This document shows positions 26,233-36,974 of a stretch of DNA of 42,442 bases, in pieces. The notes beneath the pieces are model-generated. The model worked only from the letters and a program-made list of their open reading frames with translations. It did no database searches and was not told where the DNA came from. Both the position numbers and the translations under genes were made by a program. Positions within the stretch are counted from its first letter, which is position 1. The number at the start of each line of letters is the position of its first letter. Source of the DNA: a virus (Duplodnaviria; Caudoviricetes); IMG/VR virus record IMGVR_UViG_3300014202_000216, positions 1-42,442 of that record, one strand, 5' to 3'.

Positions 26233-27303
26233 ATGACCGACGAAACGACCGGCGCGGAGCCGAGCGAACCCATTTCCACGCCCGAATCCACTACAGAAGC
26301 CACACCGATGGACGCTGTAGAGCGAGCCTTTGCATCTCTTGAGGCTGAAGACAATGGACAAGAGGGGGCAAAGCCGGACAGTCCGCAATTGTCCGCTGAT
26401 GAAAAGCCCGAAGACACAGGCCAGAAGCGCGGGCCTGATGGAAAGTTTCTCGCCAAGGAGCCGGAAGGCGAACAGCAACCCGCTGACAAGCCACAGGAGG
26501 CCGACGAGGCCGAAAAGAAGGCGACGGAGCCTGAAGTAAAAACGCCGTTCAGTGAGCCCCCCAGCCGCTTTAGCGCAGAAGCCAAGGAGGCATGGAAGAC
26601 CGCACCTGAGCCGGTAAAAGCGGAAGTGCATCGCGCCCTTACGGAGATGGAAGCTGGCATTGAAAAACATCGTGTCGGTGCGCAGGAATGGGAAAACCTG
26701 CGGGAGTTTTCCGAACTCGCCAAACAGAACAACGTCACGGTCAAAGATGCTATGGCGCGATACGTCGCTGCTGACCGGCATTTAAACCAAGACCTTATTG
26801 GTGGGTTGGATTCGCTCGCCAAACAATACGGCTCATCGCTTCGTGATATTGCAGCGCATGTGCTTGGCCAGCCTGTAGATCAGGTGCAGAGCCAAAGCGC
26901 CGCCGAAGTCCGTGCGCTGAATGAAAAGATTGCCCGCCTTGAGCAAAGTCTCAATGGCGTGAACGCGAATATCCAGACACAGAACCAGACGGCAACTCTG
27001 CGTGAGGTTGAAGCCTTTGCGAAGGTCAACCCGCGTTTTGAAGAACTGTCTCAGGCCATTGCTGCTGAAATCAAGCTTGGCCACGACCTTCCGACTGCAT
27101 ACAGGCGGGCTGAATTGCTCAACCCACTTCCCGCGCCTGCTGCACCGGCAACGCCTACCCCCGACCTTTCGGCTCAAACCCGCAAGGGCACTCTCTCTGT
27201 CTCCGGCGCTCCAAGTTCAGGCTCAAACCCTGCCAACCGAAAGCCGCCTTCCTCGCCCATGGAAGCCCTTGATCGTTCTTTTGCGACGTTGGGCCTTGGG
27301 TAA
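26233..27303 (+). CDS. Capsid scaffolding protein
   Basis: Acidic low-complexity N-terminus, RGPDGKF, coiled coil, directly before the capsid gene. Confidence 0.8.
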   Translation: MTDETTGAEPSEPISTPESTTEATPMDAVERAFASLEAEDNGQEGAKPDSPQLSADEKPEDTGQKRGPDGKFLAKEPEGEQQPADKPQEADEAEKKATEPEVKTPFSEPPSRFSAEAKEAWKTAPEPVKAEVHRALTEMEAGIEKHRVGAQEWENLREFSELAKQNNVTVKDAMARYVAADRHLNQDLIGGLDSLAKQYGSSLRDIAAHVLGQPVDQVQSQSAAEVRALNEKIARLEQSLNGVNANIQTQNQTATLREVEAFAKVNPRFEELSQAIAAEIKLGHDLPTAYRRAELLNPLPAPAAPATPTPDLSAQTRKGTLSVSGAPSSGSNPANRKPPSSPMEALDRSFATLGLG

Positions 27304-27325
27304 ACAAGCAACATAGGAGGCCGTA

Positions 27326-28339
27326 ATGGCTCTTACTTCCAACGAACGCTTGCAAGAAGCGTTTTCGCTGGCGCTTGAGGATCGCTCCAAAGGCTATGCC
27401 GACTTGGTGTCGAACTCGAACGCCATCCTCTACATCATGAAGAAGAACGGACAGTTCAAGACCTTCTCCGGTCCGACGATCCGCGAACGTCTTCTCTACA
27501 ATGAGTCCGGCAGTTACACGCGATACAACGGGTATGGCTATCTGAACCCGTCGCCTGCCGAACTGTTCAACGATGCTGAATTCACCCCCAAAATGGCGGC
27601 TGTTTCCGTCACGCTGTCGGGTGAGGACATTCTGAAAAACTCCGGCACAGCCCAGCTCAAAGACATCATGTCCGAGCACATCAAGGCTGCTGAGACGGAA
27701 CTTCAGGACCGCTTTGTTGAAGACCTTCATTCTGCTGGTACTGCCGATGGCGGTAAGCAGATTGGTGGCCTCCAGCTGGCAATCCCCACGACTGTCAACG
27801 CTGGTGTCTACGGCGGCATCTCCCGTGTGGACAATGCGATTTGGCGCACATCGTCATATGACGCCCAGTCATATTTCACTGGTGTCACGCAGGTCAACGC
27901 GGCCTCGATCAAGACCATTCTCGATACGATCATGATTGAGCGCAGCCGTGGCCCCAAGGGTCCGAACATCATTGCGATGTCGCAGGAACACTACATTGCC
28001 TACACAGCGGCAACTGTGGCGATCCAGCGTATTCAGGACGAGAACGCCCTCGGCAAACTCGGCTTCACTTCGCTGAAATACTACGGCGCAGGCAAGTCTG
28101 TGGACGTGGTTTTGGAAGGTGGCATTGGTTCCGCCATGCCGTCCAACACGACCTACTTCATCGACACGAACGCGCTGCGCTTCCGTTATCACCCCGAACG
28201 TAACTTCTCCAAGATTGGCGGCAAACAGACGCCGATCAATCAGGACGCGATTGTTCAGCACATCGGCTTCATGGGCGAAGTGACACTGAACAACCCGCTT
28301 CACACGGCGAAGCTCTACGACAGCAACCCGTCAGCTTAA
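27326..28339 (+). CDS. Major capsid protein
   Basis: 337 aa, strong RBS AGGAGG, ADLVSNSNA, KQIGGLQ, YGGISR, PINQDA. Confidence 0.9.
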   Translation: MALTSNERLQEAFSLALEDRSKGYADLVSNSNAILYIMKKNGQFKTFSGPTIRERLLYNESGSYTRYNGYGYLNPSPAELFNDAEFTPKMAAVSVTLSGEDILKNSGTAQLKDIMSEHIKAAETELQDRFVEDLHSAGTADGGKQIGGLQLAIPTTVNAGVYGGISRVDNAIWRTSSYDAQSYFTGVTQVNAASIKTILDTIMIERSRGPKGPNIIAMSQEHYIAYTAATVAIQRIQDENALGKLGFTSLKYYGAGKSVDVVLEGGIGSAMPSNTTYFIDTNALRFRYHPERNFSKIGGKQTPINQDAIVQHIGFMGEVTLNNPLHTAKLYDSNPSA

Positions 28340-28352
28340 GGAGGGCGAAACT

Positions 28353-28844
28353 ATGGCTTACGTTATCTCGAGTCAGTCGCTCGGTTTCCCGCACATCACG
28401 GATACCGGACCGACAGCGAAGGTCGCCCTTGGCACCATCGTTCAGGCATCGGACCCCACGTATGGGTCTGGTGAGTTTATCTATCTTCTGGGCTTGGCCT
28501 CGACCGCTGTTGGGTCGTGGGTCACGTACAACGCAGACGACAATTCGACCACACTTCTGGCCGCTAATGCCATTGGTCCGGTTGCGGTTGCCATGTCTGC
28601 GAATGTTGCCAGCCAGTACGGTTGGTATCAGATCAGCGGCAAAGCTATCGGCAAGGCTCTTACAGCTTATGCCGACGATGCTCTTGTCTATGCGACTGGC
28701 ACTGCCGGAAGCGTGGACGACACTGCTGTTGCCGGTGACCGTGTGAAGCTCGCTAAGGGTGCGTCCGCTGTGGGCACACCTTCGTCGGGTCTTGCTGAAT
28801 TTGAAATCCAGCGCCCGTTCATGGACGACGCTTCTGCTGCCTAA
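28353..28844 (+). CDS. Capsid decoration/cement protein
   Basis: Follows the capsid gene; GEFIYL, QYGWYQISG; followed by a terminator. Confidence 0.7.
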   Translation: MAYVISSQSLGFPHITDTGPTAKVALGTIVQASDPTYGSGEFIYLLGLASTAVGSWVTYNADDNSTTLLAANAIGPVAVAMSANVASQYGWYQISGKAIGKALTAYADDALVYATGTAGSVDDTAVAGDRVKLAKGASAVGTPSSGLAEFEIQRPFMDDASAA

Positions 28845-28852
28845 AGAATGGG

Positions 28853-28883
28853 GGGAGGGGCTTTTGTCCCTCCCTTTTGCTTT
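28853..28883 (+). terminator. Intrinsic terminator
   Basis: GGGAGGGGC-TTTT-GTCCCTCCC then TTTTGCTTT. Confidence 0.75.
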
Positions 28884-28908
28884 CACAACCTCTCAGACAG
28901 GAAATCCT

Positions 28909-29622
28909 ATGAGCGAGCAAGTCTCTACCGTCCATGTTGAATTCTACGCGGAGGCCGTCGAAAACCCTGCGAAGACCCGCATGGAGGGTCGCCCGATCTA
29001 TGAAGACAAGGAGTTTGTGAAAATCAAATTCCCCGGCGATCAGAAGCGCGTCCACGTTGCCCCCGCAAGTGAGGGATACCGACGCGACCCAGCAACAAAC
29101 CGATGGGTCAGCTATATCGAAGACTTCCCCAAGCACTATGAGCGCTTCCAGCAGGGGCTTGAGCAGAGTGTTTCAGGGACGCCCTTGTCCGAGTTGCCGT
29201 TTCTAACGGAATCGAAACGCGCTGAACTCCGCGCCCTGAATATCCATACCGGCGAACAGCTTGCCGCATTGGATGGTGCGCCCCTTTCCCGCCTCGGCAT
29301 GGGTGGACGAGCGTTGAAAGATCAGGCCACGGCTTACATTGAACATGCCAGCGACACTGCACTTGAGACGCGCCTTGCTGGTGAAAACGCTGCGCTGCGT
29401 GAGCAGATGGCAATTCTACAGGCCCAGATGGCAGAGGTTCTTCTGTCAAAGCCTGCGCCCGTACCAGCGGCCCCCAGCGTGTCGTCCTTTGATGATTATC
29501 AGGATGAGGACATCAAGGCATTTATCAAAGACCGCACAGGCTCTGCCCCGCGCGGTAATCCCTCGCATGAAACGCTCGTCCGCATGGCCGACGAAATCCT
29601 CAACAAGTCCGAGGCTGCATAA
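28909..29622 (+). CDS. Podovirus head-region protein
   Basis: EGRPIYEDKEFVKI, GTPLSELPFL, LNIHTGEQLA. Confidence 0.75.
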   Translation: MSEQVSTVHVEFYAEAVENPAKTRMEGRPIYEDKEFVKIKFPGDQKRVHVAPASEGYRRDPATNRWVSYIEDFPKHYERFQQGLEQSVSGTPLSELPFLTESKRAELRALNIHTGEQLAALDGAPLSRLGMGGRALKDQATAYIEHASDTALETRLAGENAALREQMAILQAQMAEVLLSKPAPVPAAPSVSSFDDYQDEDIKAFIKDRTGSAPRGNPSHETLVRMADEILNKSEAA

Positions 29623-30317
29623 TGACGGCTCTCTCCGCTATTCAGAACGCAACAACAGTTATCGGCCTCGGCGTACCTAATGGCGTGTTTTCGTCAACGG
29701 AACGCGAGCATGTCGAGCTGGTGGACGTTGCAAATGACATGGCGGAGAGAATTTCCAACGCCCATGAGTGGCAAGTGCTGACAACGCTTGCGACTATCAC
29801 GGGTGATGGCGTGACAGAGGATTGGGATTTGCCGGTTGACTACAACCGCATGTTGACCAAAAGCCAGCTCTGGTCGTCATCGTTGAGCACGCCGCTTTCA
29901 CATATCTCTGACATTGACGAATGGCTCGGCCTTGAGGTGCAGACATTCACATACGTTGTGAACGCATGGTGCATGTTCGGTGGCAAGATCCATATCAAGC
30001 CTGCACTTCCCGTGGGTGTGACGGTCAAGTATTACTACCAGACAAACCTCATTGTGGTGCAGAACGGTGGAGACGAGAAGGTAGCCTTCTCCGCTGATAC
30101 TGATGCCTTCAAGTTAGACGAGCAGCTGTTGCGTCTTGGTATTATCTACCAATGGCGCGCTAACAAAGGCCTGCCGTATGCCGAAGATATGGCGAATTAC
30201 GAGGACCGCAAAGAGAAGCTGATTTCCCGCGATAAGGGGTCACGCATGCTGCGTGTTGGCCGCGTTCGTATGCCCAAGGACGTGACGCTTGCTTATCCGC
30301 AGAGCATCTTGGCATGA
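29622..30317 (+). CDS. Head-tail adaptor (tail tubular A-like)
   Basis: Size, position, WDLPVDYNRM, W.ANKGLPY. Confidence 0.75.
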   Translation: MTALSAIQNATTVIGLGVPNGVFSSTEREHVELVDVANDMAERISNAHEWQVLTTLATITGDGVTEDWDLPVDYNRMLTKSQLWSSSLSTPLSHISDIDEWLGLEVQTFTYVVNAWCMFGGKIHIKPALPVGVTVKYYYQTNLIVVQNGGDEKVAFSADTDAFKLDEQLLRLGIIYQWRANKGLPYAEDMANYEDRKEKLISRDKGSRMLRVGRVRMPKDVTLAYPQSILA

Positions 30318-31912
30318 GGCGCAATCTTCGCCGTGTGGCGGTCCCTCGGTCAGCTGCCGCAGTAGCAAAGCCATACACTTTTGTCGCGCCAGTTCGCGGC
30401 TGGGTGACGAATGAAAACCTAGCCAGCTCCGGAAAGGGCGGGGCGTTTCGTCTGGACAATTGGTTCCCGACGCAAACCGGCATTCGCCTGCGTGGTGGTT
30501 CAGAACTTCACGCCACTATCGGCACGGGGCCGGTTGAGGCCATGTTCACATATGTTTCGGGATCAACGCGCAAGGTCTTCGCGGCAAATGAAACAGGCGT
30601 GTTCAACATTACGACGCCGGGTAGCACAGACACGCCGCCTAGTGCCGACATTTCAAGTCAGACCTCAGGCTATTATTCATCTGCGCAGTTTGAAACGGCA
30701 GGCGGTGATTTCCTTTATATCGTCAACGGGGCCGACAAGGCCCAGATTTACGATGGCGCGACATGGGCGGCTGTTGACGGGTCTTCTACGCCTGCAATTA
30801 CGGGCGTCACGACATCTGATCTTTCCCATGTGTGGGTATATCGCAACCGCCTTTATTTTGTGGAAGCAAACTCGACATCGGCTTGGTATCTGCCCGTTGA
30901 CGCAGTAGGCGGCCTTGCGGTTGATATCTCGATGGCGGGCGTATTCCAGCGTGGCGGGTCGCTCTTGTTCGGTGCCACATGGTCACTCGATAGCGGTGAC
31001 GGTATTGACGACAAGTGTGTATTCGTTTCGACCGAGGGGGAAGTCTCTGTTTACCAAGGCTCCTATCCGGGCGGCACTGATTGGTCGCTCGTTGGCCGGT
31101 ATGACATCACGCCCCCGATGGGCAAAAATTGCACGATGAAAGCAGGCGGCGACCTCCTGATTGGCACTCAAGACGGCATCGTTCCTATTTCTCAGGCTAT
31201 TCAAAAAGACATTGCAGCCCTGTCTCTCGCGTCTATCTCACGAAACATCGAGAACGAGTGGAAGCATGAGGTTGCGTTCAGAGGCTCCCTTCCTTGGGAG
31301 ATACTAAAATGGCCGTCGCTGAATATGGCCTTTGTGTCATTGCCCGTTGTAGACGCAACCACGTCGCCGCGCTGTTTTGTCGTCAATCTTCAAACTGGCG
31401 CGTGGGCGCGTTACACCGGCTGGGACATGCGGTCTATGGCTATCCATATTGACCAAGCCATGTTCGGGTCTTCAACCGGCAAGATTTACAAGGCAGAGTC
31501 TGGTGGCTCCGATGATGGCGAGAATTACTCCTGCACCTATGTCGGACTGTTCGATCATATCAGAAATATCGGCTCGACTAAGGTCGTCAAACTTGCCCGC
31601 GCAACATTCCTGTCTGGCCGCGCCTTCACGCCGAAAATCTCCGCGTCTGTAAACTACGCCGTGACGCTCCCGTCTGACCCTGACGCTTACGTTGACAGTG
31701 GCAGTTCAAACAAATGGGACGTTGGCAAATGGGATGAGGTTATGTGGTCCGGTATTGGCGAGCGTCTCGCGGTCCTGAAGTGGGTAGGCATGAACTCGGT
31801 GGGGTTCACTTTCGCGCCTCAGGTGCAGGTGACGCTCAATCAGACGGGCACGCCTGACGCTGAATTGGCATCGTTTGACATTATGTATGAAAGCGCCGGA
31901 GTGGTCATTTGA
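30314..31912 (+). CDS. Tail nozzle/stabilisation protein (P22 gp10-like)
   Basis: 532-aa beta-rich protein after the adaptor; APVRGW, LDNWFP, YRNRLYF. Confidence 0.8.
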   Translation: MRRNLRRVAVPRSAAAVAKPYTFVAPVRGWVTNENLASSGKGGAFRLDNWFPTQTGIRLRGGSELHATIGTGPVEAMFTYVSGSTRKVFAANETGVFNITTPGSTDTPPSADISSQTSGYYSSAQFETAGGDFLYIVNGADKAQIYDGATWAAVDGSSTPAITGVTTSDLSHVWVYRNRLYFVEANSTSAWYLPVDAVGGLAVDISMAGVFQRGGSLLFGATWSLDSGDGIDDKCVFVSTEGEVSVYQGSYPGGTDWSLVGRYDITPPMGKNCTMKAGGDLLIGTQDGIVPISQAIQKDIAALSLASISRNIENEWKHEVAFRGSLPWEILKWPSLNMAFVSLPVVDATTSPRCFVVNLQTGAWARYTGWDMRSMAIHIDQAMFGSSTGKIYKAESGGSDDGENYSCTYVGLFDHIRNIGSTKVVKLARATFLSGRAFTPKISASVNYAVTLPSDPDAYVDSGSSNKWDVGKWDEVMWSGIGERLAVLKWVGMNSVGFTFAPQVQVTLNQTGTPDAELASFDIMYESAGVVI

Positions 31913-32319
31913 TCGTTGTGACGGGGGATGCTCGCGTCTCCAATTGGGTTGCACGAAAAATTGAAGGCCATGAAATCGAGTGGGGGCCACATACCAGCCT
32001 TGCCGTTGTGCATGGTGGTCGTGTTCTGGCTGGTGTTGTTTATTCAGAGTTCAGAAATGGCGTCGATATTCGCGTCAGCATTGCATCGAACGGACCCGGA
32101 TGGGCATCTCGCGGTGTTCTGAGGGCGCTGTTCGACTATCCGTTCAATCAACTAGGTGTTATCCGCATTACCTGCCTCATTGCGGATGACAACGTGAAGT
32201 CTCAGACACTTTGCGAAAAATTGGGCTTTGTCCCTGAAGGCATTCACCCACGCGCATGGGACGGAAAGAAGGATGTAATTTCCTTCGGACTTTTGCGCGA
32301 AACCTGCAAGTGGATATAG
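31909..32319 (+). CDS. GNAT-family acetyltransferase
   Basis: FDYPFNQLGVIRIT...N.KS..LCEKLGFVPEG. Confidence 0.85.
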   Translation: MIVVTGDARVSNWVARKIEGHEIEWGPHTSLAVVHGGRVLAGVVYSEFRNGVDIRVSIASNGPGWASRGVLRALFDYPFNQLGVIRITCLIADDNVKSQTLCEKLGFVPEGIHPRAWDGKKDVISFGLLRETCKWI

Positions 32320-32321
32320 AC

Positions 32322-33353
32322 ATGGGCAAGAGTTCTCCCTCTGCACCCGCCGCGCCCGATCCCGCAAAGACAGCGGCGGCTCAAACATCAACGAACATCG
32401 GCACGGCGATAGCAAACGCCAATATGGGGAATGTCAATCAAGTCACGCCTGACGGAAGCCTGACATATAGTCAGTCTGGGACATACGCCTACAAAGACCC
32501 GAACGACGGGAAAACATATGACATTCCGCAGTACACAGCGACACAGACGCTTTCTCCGCAACAGCAGGCTATTAAGGACCAGACGAGCGGCGCTCAGTTA
32601 AATCTTGGCGCTCTTGCAAATGATCAATCCGGCTTCCTCAAGGACTATATGTCCAAGCCGATTGACCTGAATAATTCCGCGACGGAATCGCGCCTGATGG
32701 AGCTTGGGCGTCAACGCCTTGACCCCATGCTTGCACAGCGTCAGCAGAATCTTGAACAGAGCCTTTCGGATCGTGGCGTTAAGATGGGATCGTCGGCCTA
32801 TGACCGCGCGATGGCATTGAACACTCAGGGGGCAAACGATGCCTATAACCAACTTCTTCTGACTGGACGCGGGCAGGCGACACAAGAGGCCCTGACAGAG
32901 CGCAACCAGCCGATCAACGAAATTACGGCACTATTGTCCGGCTCTCAGGTGAGCCAGCCGAACTTTGTGAACGCAAGCACACCATCTATTCCGACAACGG
33001 ACATTGCCGGTTTGAATCAGCAGAATTTCCAGAACCAGCTCGGCATTTACAACACTCAGAACGGCTCCAATAACGCCATGATGGGCGGTTTGTTCAGCAT
33101 GGGTGGCTCGCTTGGTTCGTCAGCAATTCGGGCTTGGTCCGATGTGCGTCTCAAGAAAGATATTAGCCGCGTTGGCGAGGTCAACGGCATGGGTCTTTAC
33201 CTGTTCCGCTATCTCAATGAAACCGACGCCACGCCGTTGCATCTTGGCCTTATGGCTCAAGAGGTTCTTGGCGTTGTACCTGAGGCTGTTGAGGTTGATC
33301 CCAGCGGCTATATGAAGGTCAATTATACGGTGGCTCTCGGAGGCGTTCACTAA
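32322..33353 (+). CDS. Ejection/internal virion protein with C-terminal S74 chaperone domain
   Basis: MGKSSPSAPAAPDP, NVNQVTPDGSL, SDVRLKKDI, GLMAQEV, YMKVNY. Confidence 0.8.
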   Translation: MGKSSPSAPAAPDPAKTAAAQTSTNIGTAIANANMGNVNQVTPDGSLTYSQSGTYAYKDPNDGKTYDIPQYTATQTLSPQQQAIKDQTSGAQLNLGALANDQSGFLKDYMSKPIDLNNSATESRLMELGRQRLDPMLAQRQQNLEQSLSDRGVKMGSSAYDRAMALNTQGANDAYNQLLLTGRGQATQEALTERNQPINEITALLSGSQVSQPNFVNASTPSIPTTDIAGLNQQNFQNQLGIYNTQNGSNNAMMGGLFSMGGSLGSSAIRAWSDVRLKKDISRVGEVNGMGLYLFRYLNETDATPLHLGLMAQEVLGVVPEAVEVDPSGYMKVNYTVALGGVH

Positions 33354-34561
33354 TGGGCATGTTTTCATTCGGTGGTGACACGGGCGAGACTCAGGAAAGC
33401 CTTGCCCGCAAACGCGCAATTGCTGACGCCATGATGCAGAGCCAAATCCAGCCTGACAATGCTTGGAGCGGTGCGGCCAATGCGGTTGAGAAAATCTCCG
33501 GTGCCTTGCTTGGTCGAAAGCTGGACGGGGATCAGGCGCGCCTTGATGATACGCGAAACAATACGGTCGCTCAGGCTCTGGCCGCTATGCGCGGAACGCC
33601 TGAGTGGAAAAATCCCGATAGCCCGAATGATCCGAGTGCGGGTATTCCCGCGACAGCAGGAGACAATGCGGCTGCATTTGACATGCTGGCGAAATCGGGT
33701 GATCCGCGCCTTGTTGATATTGCCATGAAACTGCAAATGCAGGATCAGGAATCCAAAGCACAGGAACAGACGTGGCAAAATCACTTCAATGTTCAGAATG
33801 AAGCGCAGAATGAACGCCTGACGAAGACGCAGGAGTTTCAGGCGCAACAGGCACAGGCGGCTAATGCTCGTATGCTGGAGGCCGCTAGGCTCTCTCAGGG
33901 CTCCCGTGCGCCGGTCGCGGTGATGACACCTGACGGGCCTAAATATGTGGCTCCAAGCGATGCTATCGGGCAGCAGCCTTACAGCATGAAGACGGGCGGG
34001 GGCAATCTGCCTGTTTCGATGCAGAAGGCCGAGGACGCTGACCTTGAGGCTATCGACCTTGCGCGGAACATCTCGGCAGATTTGAAGGCCCAAAAAGGCT
34101 CGCTCGAACGTGGTGACTTCAATGTCGATCCCGTCAGCCGCCTTGGTTATAAGGTCGGGCAGGCAACGGGCATGGGCGGACCCGAAACCGCGGCCTTTGG
34201 CTCTTTCCAGTCCACGCTTGAGAAGATGCGCAATGATAGCCTTCGTTTGAACAAGGGCGTTCAGACGGAAGGTGATGCACAACGTGCATGGAATGAGTTG
34301 TTTACCGCGCTCGGTCAGAACGACATGGGCACGGTCACGAAACGCCTTGATGAAATTGCAAAGCTGAATGATCGGGCCGGTCAGGAGGCGCAGCGCCGCG
34401 TTGATATTCGTCGCCAGCGCAACGGGACGGAAGCTTTCGACTGGCCTTCATATACTCCGATGGGTTCGCCTTTGGGCGGCGGTGGAGAGGGTGTGCCGGA
34501 AGGCGTTGATCCGAAAATCTGGGAACACATGACGCCAGAGGAACGCGCCCTATGGAAATGA
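33353..34561 (+). CDS. Putative DNA ejection protein
   Basis: Helical Gln/Ala-rich; position. Confidence 0.65.
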   Translation: MGMFSFGGDTGETQESLARKRAIADAMMQSQIQPDNAWSGAANAVEKISGALLGRKLDGDQARLDDTRNNTVAQALAAMRGTPEWKNPDSPNDPSAGIPATAGDNAAAFDMLAKSGDPRLVDIAMKLQMQDQESKAQEQTWQNHFNVQNEAQNERLTKTQEFQAQQAQAANARMLEAARLSQGSRAPVAVMTPDGPKYVAPSDAIGQQPYSMKTGGGNLPVSMQKAEDADLEAIDLARNISADLKAQKGSLERGDFNVDPVSRLGYKVGQATGMGGPETAAFGSFQSTLEKMRNDSLRLNKGVQTEGDAQRAWNELFTALGQNDMGTVTKRLDEIAKLNDRAGQEAQRRVDIRRQRNGTEAFDWPSYTPMGSPLGGGGEGVPEGVDPKIWEHMTPEERALWK

Positions 34562-36537
34562 CCATTGAGCAAAAACGCGCCCTTGCAATGGCGTCGGCCC
34601 GTGCTCGCGCTGCGACTGAACCGAAAGCAGCAACGCAACAGCCTGAAGCCGCTGCTTCAGAATCTCTATCACCTCAGGATGGCGGCTATCTTAACGGCAT
34701 CACGCAACAATTGCGTCAAGGGGCCTCACTCGGCTTTGCTGATGAAGTGGGTGCGGCGGGTGCGGGCACTGGTGGGGCTATTGTCGGTGCGCTTCGTGGG
34801 CAGAATCCCATTGATGCATTTTCCAAATCATATGATCGTCGCTTGGGTGAGATTCGCGGCGGCGAAGATCAATTTCATTCAGACCATCCGGTTGCCTCTA
34901 CCGTGGCTCAAATCGGCGGCGGGTTAGCGACGCTCGGTGGAGTAGGGAAGGTCGTTTCCGCTGCGCCTAGCATTGGCAGCGCAATCGGTCGCGGGGCTGC
35001 GACTGGTGCTGGGTATGGGGCGGTCGGAGGCTTTGCCAATGGCAGGGGGGGTGTCGGGAATCGTTTAGGTTCAACCGCTATCGGCGCGGCCTCGGGCGCT
35101 ATCTTGGGCGCAGCAATCCCGGCTGCTGGTTATGTCGTAGGTAAAGGCGTTCAGGCCGCTCGGAATATGGTGGGGCTTCAAGACCCAGAGAAGCAAGCCG
35201 CAATGCTTGTTGCTAAGGCTCTTGAGCGTGATGGTGTGCATGGCCCGATTGAGACGGGGGCATCATTGACAGGCAAGCCCGTAGCTTTGGCTGACCTCGG
35301 TGGGCAGAACGTGCGCCGCCTTGCGGACCAGACAAATGTTCAGGGCGGCCCCGGCGCAGAGAAAATAAGCCGCTTTCTAGACCAGCGTCAGGCCGAACAA
35401 GCTGGACGTATCGTTGGTGATATTAAAACGAACCTGTCTCCTTCAACGGATACTTATGGTCTCTCAGACAGCCTCGCAGCACAGGCCAGAACTAAAGCGG
35501 CTCCACTCTATGACAAGGCATATGGAGTTGGGAAGGCCGTGCCAGACGAGGTGTGGAGCGAGAACATCGGTAGCCTGATGGGGCGTCCTTCAATGAAGCA
35601 GGCGCTAGGCCGCGCATATCGGATTGCCGCAGAGGAAGGCCGAGACCCCAAAACTCTTGGCTTTGACTTCAACGACGCCGGTGATGTCATATTCAAAGAC
35701 AAAGTACCGACTATGCAAACGCTTGATTACGTCAAGCGGGGGCTGGACGATGTATTGGAGGGGATGCGCAATCCAGTCACGGGCAAGCTCGTGCTGGACG
35801 AGTCTGGCCGCGCTATCAATGCAACACGCTCTGCATTCCGCGAGGAACTGAAAACGCTTAACCCAGACTACGCCGATGCATTGCAGGCGTACGCAGGCCC
35901 GACACAGCAGCGCAATGCCGTCGCCCTCGGACGCGATTTTATGAAACTCGATCCTGAGCAAATCAGCGCTCAAGTAGGCCGTATGAGCGCTGATGAACAA
36001 CAGGCATTCAAGGTGGGTGCGGCCCGCGCCCTTCAGGATAAGATCGAAAAGGTCAAAGGCCTTGGAGATGCCACCAAGCATATCTTTAACGACACACGCA
36101 TCAAGGGTCAGATTAAAACAGCGTTTGGTGATGAGGGGTACGCGGCCTTCGAGCGAGCTATGGGCGCGGAGAGGACAATGGCTGACACGCGGGCCTTTGT
36201 CGGCGGGAACTCTCGTACAGCTCAAAGATTGTCCGACTCTGCTGACACGGCCCAACAAGTTGCCGAAGACTTCTTACGGGGCGGTAAAACGGGCGTCTTG
36301 TCAGGCTTTGTAAACAAGGCCATTTCGCGCGGACGCGGCATCAATGACGCTACGGGATCATCGTTGGCCGACTTGCTGACAGCGGGAACGCCAACGGATC
36401 GCGCCCGTGTTATTGACGCCATCATGTCTCAACGCGGTGCCGCTCAGAAGACGCAGAGCAGTCTGCTTGGTGCTGGTGCAATCGCTAATCTATTGCTGAC
36501 GCAGCAGGCTGCGAGTGGGTTAGCGCTCAAGAAGTAG
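34552..36537 (+). CDS. Large DNA ejection/internal virion protein
   Basis: QGASLGFADE, Gly/Ala-rich hydrophobic region, PLYDKAY, GNSRTA. Confidence 0.7.
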   Translation: MEMTIEQKRALAMASARARAATEPKAATQQPEAAASESLSPQDGGYLNGITQQLRQGASLGFADEVGAAGAGTGGAIVGALRGQNPIDAFSKSYDRRLGEIRGGEDQFHSDHPVASTVAQIGGGLATLGGVGKVVSAAPSIGSAIGRGAATGAGYGAVGGFANGRGGVGNRLGSTAIGAASGAILGAAIPAAGYVVGKGVQAARNMVGLQDPEKQAAMLVAKALERDGVHGPIETGASLTGKPVALADLGGQNVRRLADQTNVQGGPGAEKISRFLDQRQAEQAGRIVGDIKTNLSPSTDTYGLSDSLAAQARTKAAPLYDKAYGVGKAVPDEVWSENIGSLMGRPSMKQALGRAYRIAAEEGRDPKTLGFDFNDAGDVIFKDKVPTMQTLDYVKRGLDDVLEGMRNPVTGKLVLDESGRAINATRSAFREELKTLNPDYADALQAYAGPTQQRNAVALGRDFMKLDPEQISAQVGRMSADEQQAFKVGAARALQDKIEKVKGLGDATKHIFNDTRIKGQIKTAFGDEGYAAFERAMGAERTMADTRAFVGGNSRTAQRLSDSADTAQQVAEDFLRGGKTGVLSGFVNKAISRGRGINDATGSSLADLLTAGTPTDRARVIDAIMSQRGAAQKTQSSLLGAGAIANLLLTQQAASGLALKK

Positions 36538-36685
36538 TAGCAGGGAGAACCTGATGCACTACGTCCGCCCACCATGGTGTGAAGTAGGTATAAACCACCC
36601 AAGTACATAGGGCGCTGATCGCGGCCCAATATAGGAATGGTAATAGGCCTGGACCAAAGAGCGGCTCTCTGGGTTTTTTATTCAT
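36527..36685 (-). CDS. Small membrane protein (52 aa, not in the ORF track)
   Basis: MNKKPREPLFGPGLLPFLYWAAISALCTWVVYTYFTPWW...; starts 3 nt after the lipoprotein stop. Confidence 0.55.
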   Translation of the reverse strand: MNKKPREPLFGPGLLPFLYWAAISALCTWVVYTYFTPWWADVVHQVLPATTS

Positions 36686-36688
36686 CCG

Positions 36689-36940
36689 TCACCTGCACGA
36701 AACGAGCATGTTTGTTTTGCTCACCGTAACCGTCGCGTTTCCAACAACAGAACCTGATTGGCTCGTCAACTCGTAGCCATTGGGGCAAAGCTCGGCGGCT
36801 CGCTGGTAACAGCTTTCAGCCCGATTGGCATTGCACTGTATCGCATAAGCCTGCCCGTTTGGCCCCTGAACCGGCGTCGATTTAATCCCACTGCACCCAG
36901 CAAGAGATATGGCCAATACGGCCATTAAACAGCGTTTCAT
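36689..36940 (-). CDS. Lipoprotein (candidate superinfection exclusion)
   Basis: MKRCLMAVLAISLAGC lipobox; RBS GGAGG; Cys-containing mature part. Confidence 0.75.
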   Translation of the reverse strand: MKRCLMAVLAISLAGCSGIKSTPVQGPNGQAYAIQCNANRAESCYQRAAELCPNGYELTSQSGSVVGNATVTVSKTNMLVSCR

Positions 36941-36974
36941 CCGTCCCTCCACGTGAAGGGCAGCAGCTTACCAC

